Origin: Clostridiales bacterium
Lineage (GTDB): Bacteria; Bacillota; Clostridia; Lachnospirales; Lachnospiraceae
Assembly: GCA_021204025.1 (NCBI GenBank)
Contig: JAJQAC010000018.1
Location: 8,549 to 72,548, forward strand
Direction: 5' to 3'
Length of the DNA stretch: 64,000 nt
This document shows positions 30,405 through 40,637 of the stretch, in pieces (the first letter of the stretch is position 1; each line of letters opens with the position of its first letter). Under the pieces are notes generated by a model that ran no database searches, was not told the DNA's origin, and saw nothing but the letters and a program-made list of their open reading frames with translations. The translations under genes and the position numbers were made by a program.

Positions 30405-32387
30405 ATGGAAAACAATCATTATCTTGCAACTGAAAAGGTCAGTAAATTACTGGCGCAATTTGCCATCCCGTGCATCTGCTCGCTGGTGATTTCTTGCCTT
30501 TATAACATCGTGGATCAGATCTTTGTCGGAAACGGCGTCGGATATCTGGGAAACGCGGCCACCGGAGTGATTTTCCCGATCACGGTGATCGGGTGGGGCA
30601 TGTCGCTGTTCTTTGGAGACGGCGCGGCGGCTGCCTTAAGTATGGCGCTGGGACGCAATGAAACGGAAGATATTCCCAAATATGTTGCGAACAGTATCCT
30701 TGGCTCGTTCCTTTCCGGGCTTATCATCATTGCGATCAGTTATGGACTGGGCGACCGGCTGCTGATGATGATCGGAGCGACAGATGCCAATCTGACGCTT
30801 GCTCATAATTATAGATTTATCATTTATGCTATGATGCCGTTGGCGATGGTGCAGAATACACTGGCTTCTGTGATCCGTGCGGATGGCAGTCCGCGCTATG
30901 CGATGGGTGCGATGCTGGTTGGCGCGGTTATTAATATCATCGGGGATCCCGTAGCGATCTTTGTGCTGGGAATGGGGATTCGCGGCGCAGCTTACGCGAC
31001 GATCCTGGGACAGTTTGTCAGTTTTTCAATCTGCGCATTTTATCTTACCAGAGGAAAGACGTTCCGCTTATCGCCCGCGTCTTTCCGACCGGAGGGGGCT
31101 CTGCTGAAACGAGAGATGGCACTGGGGACCTCCAGTCTGTTTACACAGCTGTCGATCGTAGTGATTACTGTCATTAACAATATTCTGCTGGTAAAATACG
31201 GCGCGCAGTCCGTTTATGGGGCGGATATCCCGTTGGCGGCATTTGTCGTGATTATGAAACTTTTCCAGATTGTATTGAATATTGCGATCGGAATCGCGGC
31301 CGGAGCGCAGCCAATCGTTGGGTTTAACTATGGAGCAAAATTGTATGGCAGAGTGAAAGAACTCCTGCGTCTGATCCTGAAATGGACGATTATCATCTGT
31401 CTGATCTGTACCGTGCTGTTTGAGGCGATCCCGCATTTCTTTATCAATCTGTTCGGTACGGACAGTGAGTTGTATACACAGTTTGCGGTGCAGTGCCTGC
31501 GAATCTATCTGTCGCTTATCGTATTTACCTGTGTGCAGAAGGTGTGCGCGATCTTCCTGCAGTCCATCGGACACGCAAAGACATCCGCGCCGTTGTCGCT
31601 GTTGCGTGACGCACTGTTGATCGTGATCTCTCTGGTCGCTCCTCTGATGCTTGGAGTGACGGGTATTTTCTGGGCGGCACCGATGGCGGATATCATCGCT
31701 ATGGCAATTACCGCGTTGGTTATGATCCGTCTCTGGCAGGAACTGTGCCGTCAGGAAAGCGGGGCCGGGAATCAGCCGGAGACGGCTCCGATGCTTGTGC
31801 AGCCTTCTCATCAGGGAACCGTTATTACCATTTCGCGTGAACATGGTTCAGCCGGGAAACGGGTCGGGCAGCTGGTGGCGGAAAAACTCGGCGTTCCCTG
31901 TTATTATAAGGAGATGGTAGCTCTCGCAGCGCAGGAAAGTGGTCTGGCAAAGGAATTTATCTCCGATATCAATTCTGATGAAAACGCAGTTATGAAGACG
32001 CTTTATCTTAGTACAAATGTGATCCAGTCCGCGATCACGGCGCAGGATAAGGCGATCAAGATGATCGCGGACGCGGGAGCCTGCGTGATCGTGGGAAGAG
32101 CGGCCGATTATGTGCTGCGTGGCCGGGAAAACGTGATCAGCGTATTTATCCATGCGCCAAAGAAATATCGTGTCAATAAGGTAATGGAAATGTACGGAGA
32201 TACGGAGACCGCCGCGTATAAGAGCATCGCCCGCTCGGACAATGCCAGAGCTGCGTATTATAAGAACATATCCGGAAAGGAATGGAGCGACACGCACAGC
32301 TACCACCTCAGTATTGACAGCTCCATCGGAGAAGTGGAGACGGCAGACTTGATATATGAGTATATTGTCAGGAAAATGTCGGTTTAA
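30405..32387 (+). CDS. MATE efflux transporter fused to a C-terminal cytidylate-kinase-like (Cytidylate_kin2) domain
   Basis: Single 660 aa ORF. Residues 1 to about 450 form a 12-TM MATE domain. After the linker QESGAGNQPETAPMLVQPSHQG comes VITISREHGSAGKRVGQLVAEKLGVPCYYKEM... with a P-loop typical of the cytidylate kinase-like family. Confidence 0.8.
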   Translation: MENNHYLATEKVSKLLAQFAIPCICSLVISCLYNIVDQIFVGNGVGYLGNAATGVIFPITVIGWGMSLFFGDGAAAALSMALGRNETEDIPKYVANSILGSFLSGLIIIAISYGLGDRLLMMIGATDANLTLAHNYRFIIYAMMPLAMVQNTLASVIRADGSPRYAMGAMLVGAVINIIGDPVAIFVLGMGIRGAAYATILGQFVSFSICAFYLTRGKTFRLSPASFRPEGALLKREMALGTSSLFTQLSIVVITVINNILLVKYGAQSVYGADIPLAAFVVIMKLFQIVLNIAIGIAAGAQPIVGFNYGAKLYGRVKELLRLILKWTIIICLICTVLFEAIPHFFINLFGTDSELYTQFAVQCLRIYLSLIVFTCVQKVCAIFLQSIGHAKTSAPLSLLRDALLIVISLVAPLMLGVTGIFWAAPMADIIAMAITALVMIRLWQELCRQESGAGNQPETAPMLVQPSHQGTVITISREHGSAGKRVGQLVAEKLGVPCYYKEMVALAAQESGLAKEFISDINSDENAVMKTLYLSTNVIQSAITAQDKAIKMIADAGACVIVGRAADYVLRGRENVISVFIHAPKKYRVNKVMEMYGDTETAAYKSIARSDNARAAYYKNISGKEWSDTHSYHLSIDSSIGEVETADLIYEYIVRKMSV

Positions 32388-32416
32388 AGATTTGGAAAAA
32401 CAGAATCGTTGACAGA

Positions 32417-32473
32417 TAAAAGCACGATTATCAGACCGCTTAATCAGCGTGTGTGAGATAATCGTGCTTTTGG
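32417..32473. terminator. Bidirectional terminator between the convergent MATE fusion and pyrG
   Basis: AGCACGATTATC (32421..32432) pairs with GATAATCGTGCT (32457..32468). AAA precedes it and TTTT follows. The loop is long (about 24 nt). Confidence 0.6.
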
Positions 32474-32528
32474 TTCTGTGTTTTACAGAAATACGTCCTG
32501 TAAGACGAAAGGCAGTCTGAAATATCGT

Positions 32529-34142
32529 TTAATCAACTGTCTGTACCTGTTTCAGTGCTGCCTCAATAAATCCTTTAAAGAGCGGATGCGGACGGTTCGG
32601 CCGCGACTTGAATTCCGGATGCGCCTGAGTGGCGACAAACCACGGATGTTCCGGTATCTCAATCATCTCTACAATGCGTTTGTCCGGAGAGAGACCGGCT
32701 AGGCGCATACCGTGCGTCTCAAGAGCCTTGCGGTAATCATTGTTGACTTCGTAGCGATGACGGTGACGTTCCTCGATCTGTTCTGTTCCATAGAGACGGT
32801 AGGAGAGAGACTCGGGGTCGAGTACACAGGGATAGGAGCCGAGACGGAGAGTGCCGCCAATATCCGTAATACCGTCCTGTTCCGGCATCAGATGGATGAC
32901 CGGATGGGTGGTTGACGGGTTGAGTTCGACGCTGTGGGCATCCTCATAACCGACGACGTCTCTGGCAAATTCAACGATGGCAAGCTGCAAGCCAAGACAG
33001 AGACCAAGGAACGGGATCTGATGTTCCCTTGCGTAGCGGATAGCGTCGATCTTGCCATTGATGCCGCGGTCACCAAAGCCTCCGGGGACCAGAATGCCGC
33101 TCACATCGCCGAGAAGCTCGTCAGCATTATCCGGAGTAACCTTTTCGGAGTCGATCCATTTGATATTTACTTTTGCGTGGTTGGCAACGCCGCCGTGTTT
33201 TAATGCTTCAACAACAGAAATATAGGCGTCGTGCAGCTGAGTGTATTTGCCGACCAGCGCGATGGTTACTTCGCGCTGAGGATGCTTCCAGGTGTCGATC
33301 ATCGCAGTCCACTCAGCCAGATCCGGCTCCGGACAGTCAAGCTGCAGACATTCGCAGGCGACCTGTGCCAGATGTTCCTGCTCCATCATAAGTGGAACTT
33401 CATAGAGAACCTCCGCATCGAGATTTTGCAGGACACGCTCCTTCGGAACGTTGCAGAAGAGGGCGATTTTGCTGCGCAACGCATTGTCGAGCGGATATTC
33501 GCTGCGACAGACAATGATGTCCGGCCAGATGCCCATTCCCTGCAGATCCTTGACGCTGGCCTGAGTCGGTTTGGTTTTTAACTCACCGGAGGCTTTGAGG
33601 TAGGGGATCAGAGTGACGTGGATCAGAATCGCGTTTTCGTGACCGACTTCATGCTGAAACTGACGGATCGCTTCGAGGAACGGCTGGCTTTCGATATCGC
33701 CGACGGTACCGCCGACTTCAATAATCGCGATCTCCGTATCACTGGTAGAAAAGTTGCGGTGAAAACGGCTTTTGATCTCGTTGGTAATGTGGGGGATTAC
33801 CTGGACGGTGCCGCCGCCAAAATCGCCGCGGCGCTCTTTGTGGAGAACGCTCCAGTATACTTTTCCTGTCGTGACGTTGGAGTTCTTGGTCAGGCTTTCA
33901 TCAATAAATCTCTCATAATGGCCCAGATCCAGATCGGTCTCAGCGCCATCGTCCGTGACGAAAACTTCGCCGTGCTGCACCGGATTCATCGTACCGGGAT
34001 CGATATTGATGTAAGGATCAAATTTCTGCATGGTTACATGATAACCGCGGGCTTTCAGAAGACGCCCAAGTGACGCTGCCGTAATGCCTTTTCCCAGACC
34101 GGAAACGACACCGCCGGTGACAAATACGTACTTTACTGGCAT
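32529..34142 (-). CDS. pyrG: CTP synthase
   Basis: The start [19 protein letters not shown] at 34142 follows GGAGG. The ORF-track start at 34196 is an upstream extension. The GATase domain carries GLCLGLQ. Confidence 0.95.
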   Translation of the reverse strand: MPVKYVFVTGGVVSGLGKGITAASLGRLLKARGYHVTMQKFDPYINIDPGTMNPVQHGEVFVTDDGAETDLDLGHYERFIDESLTKNSNVTTGKVYWSVLHKERRGDFGGGTVQVIPHITNEIKSRFHRNFSTSDTEIAIIEVGGTVGDIESQPFLEAIRQFQHEVGHENAILIHVTLIPYLKASGELKTKPTQASVKDLQGMGIWPDIIVCRSEYPLDNALRSKIALFCNVPKERVLQNLDAEVLYEVPLMMEQEHLAQVACECLQLDCPEPDLAEWTAMIDTWKHPQREVTIALVGKYTQLHDAYISVVEALKHGGVANHAKVNIKWIDSEKVTPDNADELLGDVSGILVPGGFGDRGINGKIDAIRYAREHQIPFLGLCLGLQLAIVEFARDVVGYEDAHSVELNPSTTHPVIHLMPEQDGITDIGGTLRLGSYPCVLDPESLSYRLYGTEQIEERHRHRYEVNNDYRKALETHGMRLAGLSPDKRIVEMIEIPEHPWFVATQAHPEFKSRPNRPHPLFKGFIEAALKQVQTVD

Positions 34143-34453
34143 GATGAAAAACCTCCTTAAGGATTTGTGAAAAAATATCAGTTCAAACAGACACAAATAA
34201 CCTGTTAATTATACAACCCACTAAAGGATAAATCCAGAACTTTTTGAAAAATTTTCATTCGCATCCTGAGAAGGCTTTTGAGAAGCGATTTTAGATAAAA
34301 AGCCGGCTTTTTGAATTGTGCGCTTGATTTATCATCAGTCAGACAGTATAATCATGAATGGGGAAAATGGCGCATGCGCCGGCAGTACGATAAATCTTAA
34401 CAGTACAAAAAGTTTTCATCCGGACAATAAGTTTTCAGGAGTAAGATAATAAG

Positions 34454-36454
34454 ATGGATAATAAGAATCATCCACAGGGTGAGGGCGGACAGAATAAAGG
34501 GTCGGGTAATCAGGTTGTTATGATGCTGATTGCGGCAGCTATCACGCTGTCTGCGGTTTTTATGATGAAAAATGTAATGGATCATGAGCAGCGGGAGGAG
34601 ATATCCTATGATCAGTTTGTCGCTGATGTCAACGCGGATCTGATTGAAAGTGTGGTTGTAAAAAATTCCGAAATTTCTCTGGAGTATAAGAGTGAGGCCG
34701 CGAAGAATCCGCTGAAGGGTTATTATGTCATGCGGATTGAGGGAGATTATGATCTGATTGAACGCTTTCTGGAGCATGATGTAGAGATTATCCGGGAGCA
34801 TCAGGACAGTTCGATGCTGACGGAGATTCTGAGCCTGATTATCCCGTTTGTCTGCATTTTTGTGTTTATGAATTTTATGATGAAGCGCATGGGCGGCGGC
34901 ATCATGGGTGTGGGAAAGAGCACAGCGAAGATGTATATGCAGAAGGAAACCGGAGTTACGTTTGCGGATGTGGCAGGTGAAGATGAGGCGAAAGAGTCTC
35001 TGATCGAGCTGGTGGATTTCCTGCAGAATCCCGGGAAATATACGCATATCGGGGCAAAACTTCCGAAGGGCGCGCTGCTCGTGGGACCTCCTGGCACCGG
35101 AAAAACTCTGCTTGCGAAGGCAGTGGCGGGAGAGGCCAAGGTACCGTTCTATTTCCTGTCAGGATCGGATTTTATGGAGATGTATGTCGGCGTCGGCGCT
35201 TCCCGCGTGAGGGATCTGTTTAAACAGGCGCAGGCGACCTCGCCCTGTATTATATTCATCGATGAGATTGATTCCATCGGGCGCAGCAGGAGCAGTTATG
35301 GGGGCGGCGGAGAGTCTGAGCAGCAGCAGACGTTAAACCAGCTTCTTTCTGAGATGGATGGTATCGATTCGTCCCGTGGGCTGCTGATCCTGGGAGCGAC
35401 GAACCGGCCGGAGGTGCTGGATCCGGCTCTTTTGCGGCCAGGGCGTTTCGACCGGCGTGTAATTGTCAATAAGCCGGACCTTAAGGGCCGTGTGGCAATC
35501 CTGAAGGTTCACGCAAAAAATGTCTCGCTGGATGATACGGTGGATCTGGATGCGATCGCGCTGGCGACATCGGGAGCGGCGGGTTCTGACCTGGCGAATA
35601 TGATTAATGAGGCAGCAATCCTTGCCGTTAAAAATAATCGTCGTGCTGTCTGTCAGAAAGATCTTTTTGATGCTGTCGAGGTCGTGCTGGTCGGTAAGGA
35701 GAAGAAAGACCGGGTTCTCAGTAAAGAAGAACGCCGGATCGTTTCCTACCATGAGGTGGGACATGCGCTGGTATCGGCTTTGCAGAAGAACTCGGAACCG
35801 GTGCAGAAGATTACGATTGTTCCGCGGACAATGGGCGCGCTTGGCTATGTTATGCAGGTGCCCGAAGAAGAAAAATATCTGAATTCAAAGGAAGAGATCG
35901 AGGCGATGCTGGTCGGTTATCTGGCAGGCAGGGCGGCGGAGGAGATCGTATTTCACTCTGTGACGACCGGAGCGGCCAACGATATCGAGCAGGCGACAAA
36001 GCTGGCAAGAGCAATGGTAACGCAGTATGGTATGTCAGAGAAGTTTGGGTTGATGGGTCTTTCCAGACAGCAGGATATGTACCTGACCGGACGGATGGTG
36101 ATGGACTGCGGCGAGGCAACGGCCGCTGAGGTCGATCAGGAGGTGATGCGGATTCTGAAGGAGGCTTATGATAAGGCAAAAGCGCTTCTGTCAGAGAATC
36201 GCGCAGTGATGGATAAGATTGCGGATTTCCTGATCCAGCAGGAAACGATCACCGGGAAGGAATTTATGGAGATCTTCCGCAGAGAGAAAGGACTTGTGGA
36301 TCCGGTGGCGGATGATTCTGCAGTGAGGGATAGTTCCGGCGCGGCGGATGATTTGACAGCGGCAGGAAACCCGGCAGAAGCGGACGAACCGATGACAGTG
36401 GCTGACCCCGCAGCAACCGACGCGCCTGCGGCAGCGAAAACAAAAGGAATATAA
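34454..36454 (+). CDS. ftsH: ATP-dependent zinc metalloprotease FtsH
   Basis: 666 aa with Walker A GPPGTGKT, the SRH, and the HEVGHAL zinc motif. Confidence 0.95.
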   Translation: MDNKNHPQGEGGQNKGSGNQVVMMLIAAAITLSAVFMMKNVMDHEQREEISYDQFVADVNADLIESVVVKNSEISLEYKSEAAKNPLKGYYVMRIEGDYDLIERFLEHDVEIIREHQDSSMLTEILSLIIPFVCIFVFMNFMMKRMGGGIMGVGKSTAKMYMQKETGVTFADVAGEDEAKESLIELVDFLQNPGKYTHIGAKLPKGALLVGPPGTGKTLLAKAVAGEAKVPFYFLSGSDFMEMYVGVGASRVRDLFKQAQATSPCIIFIDEIDSIGRSRSSYGGGGESEQQQTLNQLLSEMDGIDSSRGLLILGATNRPEVLDPALLRPGRFDRRVIVNKPDLKGRVAILKVHAKNVSLDDTVDLDAIALATSGAAGSDLANMINEAAILAVKNNRRAVCQKDLFDAVEVVLVGKEKKDRVLSKEERRIVSYHEVGHALVSALQKNSEPVQKITIVPRTMGALGYVMQVPEEEKYLNSKEEIEAMLVGYLAGRAAEEIVFHSVTTGAANDIEQATKLARAMVTQYGMSEKFGLMGLSRQQDMYLTGRMVMDCGEATAAEVDQEVMRILKEAYDKAKALLSENRAVMDKIADFLIQQETITGKEFMEIFRREKGLVDPVADDSAVRDSSGAADDLTAAGNPAEADEPMTVADPAATDAPAAAKTKGI

Positions 36455-36473
36455 GATCAGGTTCTGACCTGGT

Positions 36474-36525
36474 AAAATCTCATCAGACGCTGAAGTATGG
36501 CAACGCCTGGTGAGATTTTTTGTTT
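36474..36525 (+). terminator. Terminator after ftsH
   Basis: AAAATCTCATCAG (36474..36486) pairs with CTGGTGAGATTTT (36507..36519), then TTTGTTT. Confidence 0.65.
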
Positions 36526-36551
36526 CATTGGGAAGTGCGTCCTGTGAAATA

Positions 36552-36983
36552 TTATCGTACAGCGGCCTTATCCAACGCATGTTGAATCGCCTGCACCAGC
36601 ACCTGCGATGTGTAATGGGATTCTTCGGGCCAGGAAAGGTCTGCGGTTGACTGGGCCGAACAGATCTGCTCTGCCAGGAGAGAAAGGGAAGGTGCGATCA
36701 GAGGGTACATGGTTTCCACCGAATCGGTCAGAGGGGTCATGGTGATGGCGTTGATCCGGTCCGCGTCCACGGAAACCTCCACATTGATTTCCTGTGATCC
36801 CAGCGTCAGCGTGGAAGTGTAGATCCCGGGTATGTAAAGTACCTCAGAGGATACGGGAGCGTCTTTCTTTGGGCGGAACATGATGATGAGAAGCAACACC
36901 AGCAGAATACCAAGGCCAAGGAAGATAGCTGTGTAGATGATTTCTTTCATTCGCAGTACAACGATTTTTGTTTTGGAACTCAT
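36552..36983 (-). CDS. Hypothetical membrane-anchored protein
   Basis: 143 aa with one N-terminal TM helix (IIYTAIFLGLGILLVLLLIIMF) and a soluble domain. GGAGG-like RBS. I do not recognise the family. Confidence 0.5.
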   Translation of the reverse strand: MSSKTKIVVLRMKEIIYTAIFLGLGILLVLLLIIMFRPKKDAPVSSEVLYIPGIYTSTLTLGSQEINVEVSVDADRINAITMTPLTDSVETMYPLIAPSLSLLAEQICSAQSTADLSWPEESHYTSQVLVQAIQHALDKAAVR

Positions 36984-37169
36984 GGGGAACCTCCGATCGT
37001 GTTTATTATAATCTATTCTCAGGATGGTGGATTTATGCTATGATAAGAAAGGAAGAGTCCTGACCGGCTGTGAGAGTCCTGACCGATAACGGAGATGGCA
37101 TCGTGTCACATGCACAGCATGGCTTAAGCAGGATTGTCGAATGCGAGAATAAAGCAGGGGGAAGCTGCC

Positions 37170-40100
37170 ATGTCCTTACAGCTGATTTTGGGAGGAGCCG
37201 GATCGGGAAAGACAACCTGTCTGTATGATCGGGTTATTGAGAATTCGATCCGGCATCCGGAACAGAAAATTTTTATGATTGTGCCGGAACAGTTTACGAT
37301 GCAGACGCAGAAAGATATTGTTTCGCGTCATCCCCGGCACAGTACGATGAATATCGATATTGTCAGTTTTCAACGGCTGGCGTATCGGATTTTTGAGGAG
37401 ACGGCGATAGAAACACTTACCGTTCTTGATGATATGGGGAAATCGATGGTTCTGCGCAAGGTCGTATCTTTGTGCAGAAAGGACCTGGTATTTTATCGGA
37501 GACACCTGGGACAGACAGGATTTATCGGCCGGTTAAAGACGACGATCTCGGAGTTCTATCAGTACGGCATCACACCGGAGGATCTGGAACGGATGGCGCC
37601 GGAGGCGGCGAACCCGCTTTTAAAGCAGAAGCTGATTGAGTTTGCCGGGATTTTTCGTACTTTCCGGGACTATATTGACGGTCATTATATCACAACAGAA
37701 GAGATTCTGGACGTATTATGCCGTGTGCTGCCGCAATCGGAGCTGATCTCTGAGAGTGTGATTGCTCTGGACGGATTTGCGGGATTTATGCCGGTACAAT
37801 ATCGCCTGCTGGAACTTTTTATGATCCATTCCAGACAGGTAATTGTAACAGTGACCGCAGATCGGTCTGTGCCGGTAGATCGTCCGTTGGGAATGCAGAA
37901 TCTGTTCGCGATGAGCAGCGAAATTGTGTGCCGGTTATTAAAATCAGCAAAAAAGAACCGGATCCCACTGCTGCCGGATATCTGGCTGACATCGGACGGG
38001 CATCGCGCGGCGGAGCTTGAATTCCTGGAGCGCAATCTGTTTCGTTACCAAAGAAGAGAATATCGCGGCGAGGCGACGGGGGGAATCGAATTTAACCAGG
38101 CGGTAAATCCGGCAGACGAAGTGGCGGGGCTGGTTCACCGGATCCAGATACTGGTCAAAGAGCAGGGATATCGTTATCGTGATATTGCGGTCGTGACGGG
38201 CGACCTTGCAGGATATGGTAGAGAGCTTCAGCATCAGTTTGAACAAAACAATATTCCCTGTTTCCTGGATGATAAAAAGACGATGCTGGATCATCCGCTG
38301 GTGGAGCTGATCCGCGCGGCGCTGGAGATTATGTACCGGGATTTTTCTTATGAAAGCGTGTTTCGATATCTGCGGTGCGGATTGACAGCGGAGGACGGGG
38401 AGATGACGGATCGTGCGGAAAATTATGTACTGGCACTGGGCATCCGGGGAAGAAAACGCTGGAATGAAACCTGGAACAGGACATACCGCGGCGGAGAACA
38501 CTGTAATCTGGAAGAATTAAACACATGGAAAGACGCTGTGACAGCGCCTCTGTTTGCCTTGCAGGAGGCGTTTGACGACCCGGAGCGAACAGTCGGCACG
38601 CTTGCGGGGGCGGTGACACGTCTGCTGGAAGATCTGAACGCAGAAAAGAAACTGGGAGATTTTCAGCAATATTTTGAAAAAAGAGGAGAATTGCGTCTGG
38701 CCTCAGAGTATGGGCAGATTTACGGTGTGGTATCTGAATTGTTGAACAGGCTTGCGGAGCTTCTGGGAGAAGAAAAAACGGAAAAGCGTGAATTCGCGGA
38801 GATTCTGGATGCAGGGTTTGGTGAGATCTCAGTCGGGGTAATCCCGGCGACGGTTGACCGTGTAGTGATGGGAGATATTATGCGTACGCGTCTGGCGCAT
38901 GTCCGCGCACTGTTTTTTATTGGTATCAATGATGGAATTGTGCCTTCCAGAAATGAAGGAGGGAGCCTCTTTACGGATCAGGAACGGGAATTTTTCGGGG
39001 CGCATGAAATGGAGCTTGCGCCCACAGCGCGGGAGGACAGTTTCCGCCAGAGGTTTTTCCTGTATCGGATGATGGGCAAGCCGACAGAAAAGCTGATTTT
39101 GTCTTATTGCGCTGTTGGCGCGGATGGGAAGAGCCGGCGGGCGTCTTATCTGATCGGGGATCTTCAACGGATGTTTCCGAACGCTCGGGTATCAGTATGT
39201 ACTCTGACAGAAAATAATACAGAGAGGGCAGAAGTTTATTCTCCTGAGGAAGCGAGGAGGATGCTGGCAGAGGGGCTGAGAGAGTATCGGGAAAACCGGA
39301 AAATGACGATATTACCGGCAAAGACGGGTCCGGACAGAGATAACCGGAGCATGAGAGACGAACTTCCGGTTTTAGTGAGATGGTTTCAGTCTGCGCCGGA
39401 CACCAGAGCGGAATTCAGACGATTGGAGGATGCAGCTTTTGGCAGTCATGAGAAGCGGGGGATCGGCCGTGCGGCAGCTCAGGCTTTGTATGGCAAGGTG
39501 ATTTATGGAAGTGTAACACGGTTGGAACAGTACGCATCCTGCGCTTACGCGCATTTTCTGCAATATGGTCTGGAGCTTACGGAGCGGACGCGGTTTGAGA
39601 TTCGTGCGGCAGACTTGGGTAATCTTTTTCATGATTCCATTGAGCGATGCTTTCAAAAGGCAGGGGAGGAAGGGCTGGATTGGCAGACTCTCACGGATGA
39701 AAACCGAACGGAACTGGTTCACGGTGTAGTAAAGCAGGTGACGGAAGAGTATGACAACAGGATTCTCGCGAGTTCCTCCCGCAATGAATTTCTGGCACGC
39801 CGGGTGGAAACCATCACGCAGAGAACCGTGTGGGCATTACAAAAGCAGCTGCAGAAAGGGGATTTTACCCCGGTGGGATTTGAAGTTACCTTTTCAGCAG
39901 GAGATCAGCTGGAGGCAATGCGGATCCCGCTTTCGCAGGAGGAAGAGCTTCGTCTGAGGGGACGGATTGACCGTCTTGATCTATGTGAGACACCGGAGTG
40001 TGTTTATGTCAAGATTATCGATTATAAGTCGGGTAGTACCACATTTGATCTGCAGGCGCTGTATTATGGGCTGCAGCTGCAGCTGGTTGTCTACATGGAT

Positions 40101-40637
40101 GCGGTGATGGAGATGACAGGACGCAGATTCCGGGGCAGGGAAATCGTTCCGGCTGGCATCTTTTATTATAATATCAGCGATCCGGTTGTGGCAAAAGAAA
40201 CCATTGCTCCGGATCTGGATGGGCAATATGACCGGAGCGAGATCGAACGGGAGATCCTGCGGCAGCTTAAGATGAATGGACTGGTCAATTCAGAACTGGA
40301 GGTGATCCGGCATATGGATCGCTCGATTGAGACAGCGTCGGATGTCATTCCCGTTGTCCTGAAAAACGAAGCTGTTGTAGAGGGAAAATCTTCCGTGGCA
40401 AGCAGAGAACGCATGGAACGGCTGAAAAAATATGTCAGAGAGAAGGTAAAAGAAAGTGGCAGAGGGATCCTTTCCGGTGAGATCGAGGCGGCTCCGGTGA
40501 AGCAGGGGGCACGCACAGCCTGCGACTTCTGCCCTTACCATGCGGTCTGTGGATTTGACAGGAAAAATCCGGGGTATGAGTTTAAGACACTGAGAAAAAT
40601 GAAGCCGGAAAGGATTTGGGAAGAAATATGTCGGTAA
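37170..40637 (+). CDS. addB: Helicase-exonuclease AddAB subunit AddB
   Basis: The start is MSLQLILGGAGSGKT at 37170. The C-terminal nuclease domain has an Fe-S Cys motif (CDFCPYHAVC). Confidence 0.92.
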   Translation: MSLQLILGGAGSGKTTCLYDRVIENSIRHPEQKIFMIVPEQFTMQTQKDIVSRHPRHSTMNIDIVSFQRLAYRIFEETAIETLTVLDDMGKSMVLRKVVSLCRKDLVFYRRHLGQTGFIGRLKTTISEFYQYGITPEDLERMAPEAANPLLKQKLIEFAGIFRTFRDYIDGHYITTEEILDVLCRVLPQSELISESVIALDGFAGFMPVQYRLLELFMIHSRQVIVTVTADRSVPVDRPLGMQNLFAMSSEIVCRLLKSAKKNRIPLLPDIWLTSDGHRAAELEFLERNLFRYQRREYRGEATGGIEFNQAVNPADEVAGLVHRIQILVKEQGYRYRDIAVVTGDLAGYGRELQHQFEQNNIPCFLDDKKTMLDHPLVELIRAALEIMYRDFSYESVFRYLRCGLTAEDGEMTDRAENYVLALGIRGRKRWNETWNRTYRGGEHCNLEELNTWKDAVTAPLFALQEAFDDPERTVGTLAGAVTRLLEDLNAEKKLGDFQQYFEKRGELRLASEYGQIYGVVSELLNRLAELLGEEKTEKREFAEILDAGFGEISVGVIPATVDRVVMGDIMRTRLAHVRALFFIGINDGIVPSRNEGGSLFTDQEREFFGAHEMELAPTAREDSFRQRFFLYRMMGKPTEKLILSYCAVGADGKSRRASYLIGDLQRMFPNARVSVCTLTENNTERAEVYSPEEARRMLAEGLREYRENRKMTILPAKTGPDRDNRSMRDELPVLVRWFQSAPDTRAEFRRLEDAAFGSHEKRGIGRAAAQALYGKVIYGSVTRLEQYASCAYAHFLQYGLELTERTRFEIRAADLGNLFHDSIERCFQKAGEEGLDWQTLTDENRTELVHGVVKQVTEEYDNRILASSSRNEFLARRVETITQRTVWALQKQLQKGDFTPVGFEVTFSAGDQLEAMRIPLSQEEELRLRGRIDRLDLCETPECVYVKIIDYKSGSTTFDLQALYYGLQLQLVVYMDAVMEMTGRRFRGREIVPAGIFYYNISDPVVAKETIAPDLDGQYDRSEIEREILRQLKMNGLVNSELEVIRHMDRSIETASDVIPVVLKNEAVVEGKSSVASRERMERLKKYVREKVKESGRGILSGEIEAAPVKQGARTACDFCPYHAVCGFDRKNPGYEFKTLRKMKPERIWEEICR

